DNA of 62,762 nucleotides, counting the filler, from Choristocarpus tenellus KU-1152 (taxonomy: Eukaryota; Protista; Phaeophyceae): the NCBI GenBank assembly GCA_964200185.2. It is 7 parts of 7 records of this genome, joined end to end, with 100 filler letters (N's around TTAATTAATTAA, not from the genome) between each part and the next. Parts side by side here need not be neighbours in the genome. Positions count along the whole stretch, not along the records: positions 10,868 to 16,716 come from CAXNAD020009603.1; positions 16,817 to 25,964 come from CAXNAD020003940.1; 5 more parts are not named here. One strand, 5' to 3'. This document shows, piece by piece, positions 12,525 through 24,818 of this stretch. The notes under the pieces were generated by a model that was not told the origin of the DNA, searched no databases, and saw nothing but the letters and a program-made list of their open reading frames with translations. The first letter of the stretch is position 1. Every line of letters begins with the position of its first letter. The translations under genes were made by a program, and so were the position numbers.

Positions 12525-15500
12525 TAATAATGATGAAGTTTATGAGCTGGAAGAAAGTAACAAATGCATATATACACAAAACAATATTCACTGGGTGCTA
12601 TTTTTTTATATGAGTACTACTTCTACTGTGATTTTCCTTGAAATATATATATATATATATATCAAAAGGTAGGTGCAGCTTTTCCAAGTATCATAATCTG
12701 ATATCCTGTTTACCCTGACAAGATGGTGGTAGAAGAGCTTTCAAAGACCATTGTTTTGTGAATTTCTTCTAAAATTCGCCTTTAAGATTGGTGGAGGGAT
12801 GAACGTTTGTGTCGCATTACAACTTTCATCACTGCTTTGAAAAACCATCACCTACTACATGCAAACGACCCTAGGAACACCGGGTTGGTTGTGTGCTTAG
12901 AACCTCAAAAACGTTACGTCTATTCCTGAGTCGGGAAGTGTAAGTATCTCTCTGCCTTTGCTTCTTCAGCCACTGTGGAGATTTGAAGCGACATGTTGTA
13001 GTGTTAGGAATGCATAGGATAGTCCAGTTCACGCCAGTAACAATCAACAGTCAGAATAGCCTGTTTTAGAACCTTGCCGTTTTTGTGGTAAGCCGTAGCA
13101 ATGTGTATATAGACTGTGGCACTCTGAGTAGTTTGAATTGCTACAGGAGTCAGTGAGTACAATTGAATGAGTTGGCTGTTGTTGTTACAACACTAGATGG
13201 CATGACCACTCTCATGGAAGAGGTAAATATGTGGGAATTATAATGAAGGGCATGAACTTCGTCCAGATGTGACTGACTGGAGTGGAGGGGTAAATTTTGT
13301 GTTGGCCTGTGCGTTTTGAAAGTATCCCTAAATAGAGTTCGCCAAGGAGGCACCCCCTCCTCCCTCGCTTCTTGTGTTCCATGTTTGCAAAGAGCACTGG
13401 CTTTGCAGTCAATAGATTTGAGAGTGTTTTATTGCTACACCCTTGCTACATGTTATCAAGTAACCGGATTGTTTCTTCTCTGGCTGAGCCTCTGGCTATG
13501 AACTGGACCACATTGCTGGAATCTTGAAGTACATGGTGGTTTCGTGAATAACGACGGATGTGTATCAAAGTAGTTTCGTCACGTCATGGCTGCTCTGTGT
13601 GTATGCCTACTTCACAGGTGAAATGTGCGAAGGATAGAGCACAATAGCAACACAGCTAGATGTAACGCTCCAAAGTACGTGAGTTTTGTAATGGTAGTAC
13701 TTGGTGTAGATCCTGAGCAATCAGGACTCAACTGACTAACCAACTTAGTCGTCACTGATTCTTGCTTGGAAGTATATAGTTGTATAGTAGTTATTATCCG
13801 TGCAACAACAATGGCTCACATAGAGGAGCTTCTACTATTACCTGGTACTACCTAGACCATAATGTGTAATATTTTTGGCAATTTATTATGTGGTACTATC
13901 ATCACCTTCAGTACATACTATTGTGCTTTGTATCATAAACTCCTGTAGTAGTTGTTCAGTAAGTGTCAATTATCGTGTGCTCGACCTCGTTGCTTGCTTG
14001 GGCGTGTAAGGTACCTTCAGCCCCAGCCCCAAGAGTTTCAATTTCAAGCATTTTATTTTATACACCATTCACAAGATCGCTTGAGGCTTGAAGTAGGACA
14101 ACACTGTCACTTTCCTACCCTCCTATAATTTACCAAATCGTTTAGGAGCCAAACCAATTGAGGGGTAGGCAGGTTTGGGCCCTTTAGCATTTCAAGCCAC
14201 CTTTCTTACCCTGTGCAATAATACACTCTGTTCCATTGCCTTACGTGGATAATAGAGTACGCAAGACTGATATTCCCCCTTTCCAATCACAAAGTGACCT
14301 CACAATGATTCAAGGCTCTTTCTGCAATTGTCGGACAAAATTGGAATCATTTTTCCCATTCTTGGGGTACTTCATATGGTCTGATTCAAAAGTATACTTA
14401 TATCCTACTTACCAGTATTGTTGTGGGATAAGTTTCCTGATACATGAAAAACAATGTCATATTCTAGTTAACCATAACCCTGATTTAATGTGAAATAAGA
14501 AATACCAAAACAAGACTAAACTTCCAGTAGAATGTAGAAGTACGCGGCACCAACTACACCTTCACCCTTCCTTGATGAGATATGAATTGTGTAAGACCGG
14601 TGAGTCATCATAAGCATGTAAGAGCACCAGATTTTCCTCTCCCAACAGTGCTATGGTAGATAGATTTTGGGAGTTGAAAGACATATTCAGTCCTGTTTTG
14701 CATAGCAGGGCGATCGTGACAGGCATGCAAGACAAGGGATTTGTCATTCTTTTAGAACCAGTAGTAGTACTATTTTTACTTGTGAATGTACTAATTAGTA
14801 CGCAGTCATTACATACTGTAACATTGATATTCATTCTAACAACTATATTCTCAAATCAATATCGTTTTGCAAGATTATTGTGTGGAGTAAAAGTTTTCTT
14901 CCATCCTCTAAGATGACCTCATCAAATGATAAAGGGTCCTGGTCGTGGAATGGCGGTAGTGGATGTTCATATTATTCATTTTCCTTGAATCCTTCCGCCA
15001 TGAAGCTCTGGAAACGGTTTGAGGTTGTCTGGAAAGTACACCGTCGTCTCCTTGATCGAACTGTATGCCAATCAGACTGATGTGGCATATGTGGTGCTCA
15101 AAGTACAGGCAATGTACTCAGAGTTTCCCCAAAAGTAATGTAAAAGTACTCTCCCACTTCAAAACGATTGCCGTCGTAGCCACTGTGAAACAGGTGGGAA
15201 CAAGCCGACATGTTCCTCGAAACGAAGGGGAGCGGAAAGACCCACAGGAGGAAAGATCAAAGAGAGAAAAAGTCAAAGAGGGAGAGCAATCCCTCAGAAG
15301 ATCACTCAGGAAAAGAGTGAACAAGTGGAAAAGTGAAGGAGGGGGCTTTGGTAAGGTCACTCCAAACCACCCGATCTTACTTCGAGCAGATGTTACCTTC
15401 AACATGCAAAAACAAATGTCATATAAATATCTTAATGTTCAAGATAGGTCACCTTCAGGGAATACCTTCTGTGGAAGATGGCTCTCACAATTGCAGTCAT

Positions 15501-15779
15501 TATATCAACGATGTTTGCAATTCCTTGCGTTATCCTTTGTGTCACTTCCTTCCCCTTCACGACAATATCTGTAAAATGCTGACGGGTGCAATAAAATGGA
15601 AGTGTATTCCGTCGCTACCATTTCTGGTGGTGTTGTAGTTCTGATGAAATTCGCATAATTTGTGTTGAGTTTGTGTAATTTAATGTTACCTAATATGTTT
15701 TGATATAATTTAGTTTGATGTAGTATGATTTATTATGATTTCATCTTATTTATTCTTATGTAATGTATTTATTTTATTA

Positions 15780-15857
15780 TTATGCCCTCTGACATTTTGC
15801 AGATGTGTCAGGGGGAAAACAAATGAAAGCTATACTCATGTCAGTATAAGCCCTAAA
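15780..15857 (+). mobile_element. Dispersed ~78-bp hairpin-ended repeat (Helentron/DINE-1-like terminus)
   Basis: TTATGCCCTCTGACATTTTGCAGATGTGTCAGGGGG...TATACTCATGTCAGTATAAGCCCTAAA, with a near-identical reverse copy at 51971-52047. Stem CCCTCTGACA/TGTCAGGGGG sits next to a T-rich junction. Confidence 0.55.
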
Positions 15858-16716
15858 GAAAGAAAATATCATAAATGTGAAAAATGCCATAAAACACTGT
15901 AAGTGTGAAAAACATTAGTCTATCAGTTACTTCACCACTACCAATATTGTACTACTGCCTTCCTGTGCTTCCCATCTACCTACTCCTGCGCCCCGGGGGG
16001 GGAGTTACAGAGGCATCCCAAGAATCCAAAAATAATCCAACATAGTCCAATAAATATTTTGATTTATAATGTCCTGTGGTATAATGGAATACTTACTTCG
16101 TAACATGATCAAATGTTCTATTGAATCTGATTTATTCTATTTTATTGTATTTTTCGTAATACATAGTGTAATATTATCCCATACAACATAGTCCAATAAA
16201 TATTATGACATATATAATATCCAATGGTATGGTGAAATATTTTGTAACAGGAAATAATATTTTGTACTACAAAATATAACCTTGCCCTATATTATTATAA
16301 TTATTATACTAAATTACGATAGATCTAACAATAAATTATACTCTACCTTATAATATTACATCATATTCTATTACATTAGATACTACTCTACAAATATATC
16401 GTATCACATGCTATAATGTTGTCTTGTGTATTATATTCTAGCGAATATATATATTATTATGCCCTCTCCTAGAATATATCATTATTATCTTACATGATAG
16501 AACTATTGTAAATTATATTATGAATTACATTATATTATTTTTGAATATATATCATACATTACATTATTCAATTTAATGGTACATGATATGAAAATATGGT
16601 ATATTATTAGAGACTATAAATATATTACATTTAGTTACATTTTCCACCTCCCACCTCACCCACTCACCCGCCAGCAATGGTGTAGCTGCTGCTGCAGCTG
16701 AGGCGCGAAAGCGCAC

Positions 16717-16816
16717 NNNNNNNNNNNNNNNNNNNNNNNNNNNNNNNNNNNNNNNNNNNNTTAATTAATTAANNNNNNNNNNNNNNNNNNNNNNNNNNNN
16801 NNNNNNNNNNNNNNNN
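16717..16816. other. Artificial contig linker
   Basis: N44-TTAATTAATTAA-N44. Confidence 0.97.
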
Positions 16817-17824
16817 GTATATGGCATACGAGCAATACGGTATAATAACAGACAAACATGCTTTCCACAGTTGTCATGAATGCTAAATCATGTATTTCTA
16901 AAAAGGTAGTATTTACTATTTGGAAACTAACTATACAGCACTATAGTGTTCCCTTGTAAAGGTTGTTGAGTAGAAAGTAAGGGATTGTCATGAAGAAAAC
17001 ACGAAACAAGAAATTCATATTCAACTTCTAGTGAGAAGGATTATCGTATGATATGATTGAAGAAGGATGGTACGTCAGCCAATGGTTTTACGTTTGTTTT
17101 GTTGTGTAACTGTATCACACTCCATCCTCCTCACAATCGACCTACTCTCATATTCACATTGTCTGTTGGGAAGCAATCCGATTGAAGTTGGGCAAAACGT
17201 TTTACACCCTACTACTAGACTGAGGTGTTAATTCAGTATGGTCAACGATGGCAGGTTGTGGTCTAAGACATCTTTGGTGCTGGAAGGGTCAGGGTGCTGG
17301 TGGATGACGANNNNNNNNNNAAGAGAATAGAGATCCCAGCGGGACAAGAAGGTAAACTGGTCACCAGCTCCCGGACATGTGCCAGCACACCACTCTCGTG
17401 TGCGATCGAGACAAGACGGCTTTGCCCAACAATCAGGTTGTGATTTATCAATATTGTCCTACTCAGATGATGTCAATGTGATGGAATCGTTTAGATCATG
17501 GAAAGAGTGAGGATTCCGATCCATACCAAGGAATATCTTTCGTTCAAAACGTATATTTGCGCTGGGTGTCTCTTCTAGTTCTCGTAAGTGGGATAGATGT
17601 GGCTCAGACTACACTTCGTTCACTCGACCTTGTTATTTTTTGGTGACAGGTCGCGCCTACGCAAGAGGTGGTGGTGGATCAGGGACTGGAGGAGAGAGTC
17701 GCTACCTTGCCTATGCAACTGGAATAATAAAGTGAAAGGGCAACCGAAGTATCAGGGGCTGCCTCGAGGAAGGGGACTTGGGAAGCGGTTGCGGCTGTTG
17801 GTAGGGAGAGGGCACTTCAAGGTC

Positions 17825-19135
17825 CAACCAACTGGGTCTGAGATAAGTTAATCTCAAACATGTATGCATCACATGTGTCACCTTGATAATCGCATCCTTC
17901 TCTCCACTGCCTGGGATAATTCGAACATATCATCAGTGAACCTCCGGATCACTTGATTGCTCATTCGGCGATACCTTTCGAGATCATGGACAGGGTCGAT
18001 GACAATAGACAAGGTGTTTAGCATTTGTTCTACTGTAGTGGTGTCATCTGCTAAGGATGAACAGTGGAAAGAAAAACATAACGCCACAGCACATAGTGAT
18101 ACAAGTGGGAGATGCAATCGAGCGATTCAGACCCCGCAGATGATTCCATCTAACACCAAGTACCTTACAACACCCAAGCAGTACTGCCTGCATGCACATT
18201 GATATCAAGAGGATGCAGAAGACGTGGAATGTCATCACCTCCTTGACTCCTTGGAGTTCACCCTCTAGGTCCACGATGGAGGTGTCCTGCTCCACCACCA
18301 TTTCCTCCATTGCCCCCAACTTTGTACTCAGGTATGTCATCTTCATGACATCCTGAGCCCTTCGCTTTGCATCTTCTTCATCTTACGACTCAGAATAAAA
18401 CAAGGTTTTTACAAAACTCGTTTTCTGCTGTCATGGACAGATCCATGGCATTTTTTCAATTGAGAAACAAATCGAGCATGGATCGATTGAGAAATTTGCC
18501 ATGGACCTGACCATGACTGCAGAAAACGAGCATTACAATAATCTGGTGTTTCTTCTGAGTCGTAAGATGAAGAAGATGCAAAGGGAAGGGCCCAGGATTT
18601 CATGAAGATGACATACCTGAGTACAAAGTTGGGGGCAATGGAGGAAATGGTGGTGGAGCAGGACACCTCCATCGTGGACCTAGAGGGTGAACTCCAAGGG
18701 GTCAAGGAGGTGATGACATTCCACGTCTTCTGCATCCTCTTGCCTCTTGGCATCAATGTGCATGCAGGCAGTACTGCTTGGGTGTTGTAAGATACTTGGT
18801 GTTAAATGGAATCCTCCGCGGGGTCTGAATCGCTCGATTGCACCTCCCACTTGTATCACTATGTGCTGTGGCGTTATGTTTTTCTTTCCACTGTTCATCC
18901 TTAGCAGTTGACACCACTACAGTAGAACATATGCTAACTACCTTGTCTATTGTTATCCCCCTGCCCATGTCCATGATATCCAAGAATATCGCCACATGAG
19001 CAATCAAGTGATCCAGAGGTTCACTGATGATATGTTCGAATTATCCCTGGCAGAAGAGAAGGATGCGATGATCAAGGTGACACATGTGATACGTACATGT
19101 TTCTGAGATTAACGCATCTCAAACCCAGTTGGTTG
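17825..19135. repeat. 1.3-kb foldback / long inverted duplication (arms ~17825-18402 and ~18547-19135)
   Basis: The arms are reverse complements, roughly 90% identical by eye. The peptide MKMTYLSTKLGAMEEMVVEQDTSIVDLEGELQGVKE occurs on both strands. Termini CAACCAACTGGG...CCCAGTTGGTTG are flanked by GGTC on both sides. Confidence 0.9.
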
Positions 19136-21349
19136 GGTCATTCTTTGTTTGTACCCTACAGGAGATGATGCCACGTGAATAGTAAGTACCACCAAAAGAG
19201 ATCATTTTCAACACATTTTTTCTCACAATGTACTTGTTCTCCACCTGTGTGTGTCAAGTGGAGAAGAAGATAAGTACTCCTCTGCAACAAGAAAAGGCAA
19301 CCTGGTAAACTAATGATAATCTCCCCCCCTTACCCCTATCCCACCATTTTGGCAGAGGCTACGTAAGAGACTACTTCCTGAGGCCTGAAGACCAAAGATC
19401 TCTGGGTGAGTTTTCACACTTGACTCCCCTCTTTGTGATTCCGAGTGTGGTCATGGGCAATTACTCTGTTCCCCACTGCTGTATGGTATGAGTTGGGGTG
19501 GTGATGCTCCCCTTCCGGTGTTTTGGCAGTGCTATTTGTTGGTCCACTTGCTATCTCTTGAGGTACCGTTGATGCTGGATACGCATGTGGGAAATGATGA
19601 AGGATCTGACGGACACTGACAATACAATACATATGCTCATTGATGACGAAACCATCCCAGGTGAACATCACAGCTGCCTATCACTGCCTGTCAAATAACC
19701 ACTGCCTTTGTTCATCGATCCACTTGTACCAACAATCATTATTGCAGCTAACTGCAACCGTCCTCTCTGCTTTTGTACCCATGCGTGCCCCTGTTCTTCC
19801 ACCCCTTGATCCTAGCCCTGTGAATGTTGTCATCATTTTCTCCTCTTCAAATGGATCTCGTTCCCTGCACCCATCATTGGGCTCTCTCTCCATCACACCC
19901 GGAACCACTTCTTCCAGTATCGGGCAAAGCATTGGCAATGGTGTAGCAGCACCCCAGACCTTCCCATTCTCGAGTGGAAAATCTTCTGTGTCAAATCCTG
20001 CTGCAGGGGAAGTGACACATGCAGAGTCTTCTGGTACAGACAACACTAATTCGTCATTGAGATTCCAGTTCACTACTGGTGACTCTTCCAAGTTCGAGAT
20101 TCCATCGTTTTCCATGGGCACGGCAGGCCCCTCTTCAACGTTCCGCTTCACTGTTGGGACAGGCACATAAGAGAGTCACTTGTTCAACGGAGGCAAGCCT
20201 ACTGTGTGCACCCTTGGCTAAAATACTGCTGAGTCCGTAACAAGGAGTGTATTGGGAGAGATAGAGGGAGAGCTGTGGAACAGTCCATCCAGGGGGTGTT
20301 GGCTAGGGTTCTGTGTTGGTGTCTCATCTGGAAGTTCTTTACATGCGGCAAGATTTGTCAAGTAGGGATGAAAAGTATGTGTGACTACGGTTTAGAATTA
20401 GAAGATATATTTTTGGGTTCACTCTTGAAGGTTCGGTGTACGCTCTTTTTTTCTACCTTGCCCATTTACTTCAAGAACAAAGTACTGTCTAAATTGCATA
20501 TTATATAACTTCTTGAACTTAAAACCAAGTTTTATTAATATTTATACCAGTTCTTAACTTTGGACTAGGCTTCAATAAAGACTGTTTTTACAAGGCCATA
20601 TAAAGCAACTTCTTAAAAATCTAGGACTAATAAATAACTCCCAAGTCGTACATCGATCTTACCTGCTAGCAAGTTATAATTGGTTTGATATATAACATTA
20701 AACTTTATTTCTCTAATGCTTTAACTGCCTTAACTTCAGGAACGAAAAGTTGAAGCATAGATGCCATCTTTTAGAGTAACTGACGAACTAGGACACCCAG
20801 AACAAGCTCCCCGTAATTGCATTGGGAAGGGTCAGATACAGTAGTAACGGATTGTCTAGTTTATCAGGATCAATTTTAATGTTTATTTGCACCTCTCATT
20901 ACTAGCTGTATATGTATGTAGTGTCAAGGGTTTGTGGCAATTGGGTGTCAGAGTTCGATACATGCACCGCCTACAGAGTGGTACATGTATCTGTTCTCAG
21001 TGACCCCTTTTCTGTGATCCTTAACTTGATACTAGTATGTTTTTTGTTGTGTTTATTGCTAATGCACTTTTGTGAGTTTGTGTGTGGTACAGACAAGATG
21101 TGTATGATGTTGGGGAAGTGTATTGGATGAGGGTATGGTGCTGCATGTGACATATTGACCCTCATGGGAGGTACCACTGTTGTGGCTATGGCATCTTGAA
21201 TAGTACGGTACGATGATGATGTGTATAGCCTTATTGTCTTGCTGTTCTTGAAGATCCCTTGTAGGAGTGAGTGTTTGTGTGATGTTGGAGGTGTGTGCTT
21301 GGCATTATCACAGAAATCTTGTTGGATTTGGTGAGCCCCCCACCACAGC

Positions 21350-22050
21350 TTGAATGAGATGATTATGGTGTTTTGGACACTTGTACGTGCTGTGTAGCAA
21401 TAGTATGCTGCGCTAATCCGTCTTTTGATGTGGGGGTCATCCTCAAGAGCAGTCAGTTGCTGAGTGCCAACGCTCCTTATGTCAGCATCAAGACTCCACT
21501 CTCCCATATGAGTTTTGACCGTGTTGATATGTGGACAGGGTCAAGATCTTCAGGCCCTCAAAAGGCTCACCCCTGTCGATGGGAATGATTGACTTATTGT
21601 ATGGCTTTGCACCTAGGGTGAAGTCCATGTAAAATAATAGTAAAATATATATATCGTACGCTTGAAGTACGTTTGATTGAAGATTGGGTTCTGATTATAT
21701 GGACCGCTCTTTATATTTCGATGTTCTGATTTCGTTGTCTGTGCTTCTAATCTTGTATATTCAGGACCATGTAAAGGTATGTTGTTTTGCTCTTATCGTA
21801 GCAACCGCCCCTCACCGTGGAAGGCTGCATGGTTTTGGGAAGAGATGTGTTGAACAATAATAATAGCATCTGCCAAGATGCAAAGCCAAATCCTTGGACA
21901 AATTCATTGATTTTGTGTTGAACCGGTATTGTGTCCCACATGCATTGGGTCCTTGATCCGGATGTGAGGTCATATTGTAGGTGCTCACAACAGGGGTCCA
22001 GTTCTGAGGTTGGTATTTTGTTTCTTCAGTTATGAATACTTCCACGAGCA
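21350..22050 (-). mobile_element. Degenerate non-LTR (LINE) reverse transcriptase relic
   Basis: Ordered broken motifs on the minus strand: KYQPQNWTPV (cf. DPxNWRPI), GTQYRF (cf. QYGFR), DKSKTTY (cf. DxSKAYD), RQG (~21570-21580) and HIKRRISAA (cf. EIKRRIxxA). Confidence 0.5.
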
Positions 22051-22461
22051 GGTATTGGAATTCCTAGGTTGGTTGTACTAAGGTTGAGTTGAAGCCACAG
22101 ATTCCTGAGCGAATCTCCTGGGTTCATGCTACTTGGCACTTGGTGTATATGCTGTAGCTGTGGATTCTGTTCTTTACCACTGCAAATTGTCTGCACCTTC
22201 CCTCCTCTGTGTTAGTAGGTATGAGAGAGAAATGTGTGTTTTCGGCGAGCTGTAGTTATTGGAGGGTTTTAACTTTGTTTTTGAATATGAAGAAGTCACT
22301 TGTAAAAGGGTTACTGATGACCATGACTTGCTTTTGCAAACTGAATATACTTACAAAACAGACATAATTCACTCCACGTCTCTGTACTGTGCGCCCCAAA
22401 AACATGAGCGACGAGAAGGTCAGCCCTTCCTCAATTACTTTGGCACCACCGCAACTGCAGT

Positions 22462-22640
22462 GACCCATAGTATCTGGGGGACGGAGGCGGTCTTCACCAG
22501 GGTGTGCATTTGGGTCCAAACCAGGAAAGTTGCATTTACATTATCCATCCGGCGCATGCAACCAAGTCACCCAAAAGTCGCGACATGAAAAACTTGACCC
22601 CAAATGGACAGCCGCCACCCCCCCCCAGATACTTTGAGTC
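22462..22640. mobile_element. MITE, subfamily B (179 bp)
   Basis: TIRs GACCCATAGTATCTGGGGG / CCCCCAGATACTTTGAGTC, with AGT on both flanks. Subterminal CATTTGGG...CCCCAAATGGAC is shared with subfamily A. Confidence 0.7.
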
Positions 22641-24204
22641 AGTAGAGCTTCAGGCTGGGACAAATAAAAAGTTCTACTGTAAAACACACCGTTTTGTACA
22701 TAATATTTCGAGGGTAGTGTAATGGAGGTGTCTGTCTCTTGATTTCTTTTGGGCTACAATTGAATGCCTTACAATGGCTGTGTTTAGGGATGGATATTCT
22801 AAAGAATAGTATGTAGAGTTTGCTCAACCTTTTTTATCCTATTTTTTGGTTCATGATATGCCTGGGGAAAATGGCACAAAACACATCACCTCGTCTTTCG
22901 AAGCTCTCCAATCTATTGTTAGGTCTGTGTTCTGATCCTAAAGCATTTCGTGTCAAGTAGGTCTGGTATTGGCAATACAAATTTGGAGGACATTTTACCA
23001 TCACATTCGGCATGGTTGCCCCAAGTCTGCTTTCAAGTCATCCACTCTTTAACAATATTATTATGCCCTCTGACATCCACCCTTTAACGTTTTGTCCAAC
23101 CTCCTTAATTTTCTTTTTCTTTTTCTTTGTCTTAACGTCAACTGGTTTCTTTGTCTATGATGGTGAATTCTCACACATACAAATATTTCATTTGAACATT
23201 CCCAATGTAGTACTATAAATTCTACTACTATGTATATACGGAATAATGTAGCGGATACGTATTTTGAACTTTGTTAAAGTTAAGGGACCCCGACATGGGA
23301 CACCAGAGAGGTCATGTCACCCAGGACCTTACTGGGGCTTCCACAACTTGCCAGTCTGAAAGGGGGGTGATAATATTTATATCATCACAGAACATGGGAA
23401 CCAAGTGCTGACTGTTGTGTTTTCTTTGATTGTATATTGCTTCTTGTCCTCCCTACAATATATTAATAATAAAAAAAGCGTGAAGTAGATACGAAAGAAA
23501 AACGTTCCTCCTGAGAGGGTGTGTGATTTGTTTGTGCAACATAAATATTGGATAGAAATCGACACTGTGGACATCTCGCCTTTAACCCTTAACCACAGTA
23601 GAAATGATCGAGATTGACATGACATCCTGTCGACATCAGTTCAAGGAGGCAAGACACACGATCATTGTATATGATGGTCACAGGTTCAACCCCCAGGATG
23701 CCTGACCACTTTCCCGTCCCTCTTTGTTGGTGAGAGTATAAAACAAGGATCGCTTCCCTTTATGATACGAGGATAATGGTGCCATTGGTAGGGGCCATTG
23801 GCAATGTGTGTATAGGGAATCACAATGATCAAGATGATTGCTTGGGGAGTGAGCGTGACCTGTGGGTAATGACCCATGGATCAAGCCAGGCTGCAACATG
23901 GGTCCTGATTTTTCAAATATTGAGATACCACTTGTTGCACCTTTGGGGCGGTAAGGCATGTAATTGACTGCCCCCCCATGGTGCACACGATGATCATGTG
24001 CGGCCACTATTAGGCATCACACTAGAAAACAACAGATAATTGTACATGGTGTGATCATCATGTAGGTCAGGACAGCACATAAATAATGTGCTTAAGCAAT
24101 ACAGCAACACTTCAGAGTCATTCATCCTCAGCTCCTACAATAAAAAAAAAGCAGAAATTAAAATGAAATTTGTCGTTCCCAGCATTTATTATGTGTGGTA
24201 GGGT

Positions 24205-24275
24205 GAATGTGTGTGTCAGCTACAGCCCCCAGGCATTATGCCCTTTCAACAGGCTACATCGTCATTAACATCATC
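24205..24275 (-). promoter_or_regulatory. SECIS element (type II) in the 3' UTR of thioredoxin reductase
   Basis: Minus strand reads GAUGAUGU-UA-AUGAC-GAUGUAGCCUGUUG-AAA-GGGCA-UAA-UGCCU-GGGGGCUGUAGC-UGAC-ACACACAUUC. This gives an AUGA/GA core, a ~12-bp helix II, unpaired AAA, an apical mini-helix and helix I. It lies ~550 nt downstream of the UGA, with AATAAA 15 nt further on (24190-24185). Confidence 0.82.
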
Positions 24276-24818
24276 TCCCACACTCCACAAGTATGCTGTA
24301 TCTCTTTAATGCATCCTACTTGTACAGCTATTCATGCATCCCACCAGTGGTAGAGGAAGGGGATGTATGAGCATGCTTATCCCTGCACACGAGCAATACT
24401 GTGCTGGTTAAAATGTCCAACCCCCATGCCATCCTCACTCTGGCTCATTTTAGTCCACCTGTCGATCTCTGGTGGTCATTCATGCATGAAGTTTGTGCAA
24501 CAGCCAGTGCATATATCTTAACTGAACAACAAGAATAGAGCCACAGCCTGGCACAGACCTTCGCAACAGACACAATACATAATGCATTTCTACATCATGG
24601 ACGACACAACAACTTTGTTCTCTTAACATGTCCAATCAACGTAAATTGCCTGCATACCCAAACAAATTGGATATGTCGATTTGCGCTAGCCCCAGCTTCT
24701 TTCTCATCTCGCTCTTCTTAGCAAGCTGAACTGGCCCCCTCCTTTGCCCCCACCATCCATGCTTTCACATGTCTAGTCATGTTGAACACATGAGGTGGTT
24801 GGGCACAGGTTGGGGGCA

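Noticed and set aside
13000-15600. Possible further Gypsy relic on the minus strand (PYEVPQEW, GLKVP-like fragments)
   Set aside because: Motifs are too few and too weak to support a call by eye.
16020-16640. Very AT-rich stretch with a duplicated CAACATAGTCCAATAAATATT
   Set aside because: Low-complexity decayed repeat; no coding or structured RNA signal.
19640-20170. Plus-strand ORF with F-rich Ser/Thr/Gly motifs resembling an FG nucleoporin
   Set aside because: No true FG repeats; more likely the shadow of the longer minus-strand frame.
24450-24485. Alternative SECIS candidate AUGACCACC...GGUGGA closer to the TrxR stop
   Set aside because: Helix is only ~5 bp with no properly placed AA; far poorer than the 24205-24275 hairpin.
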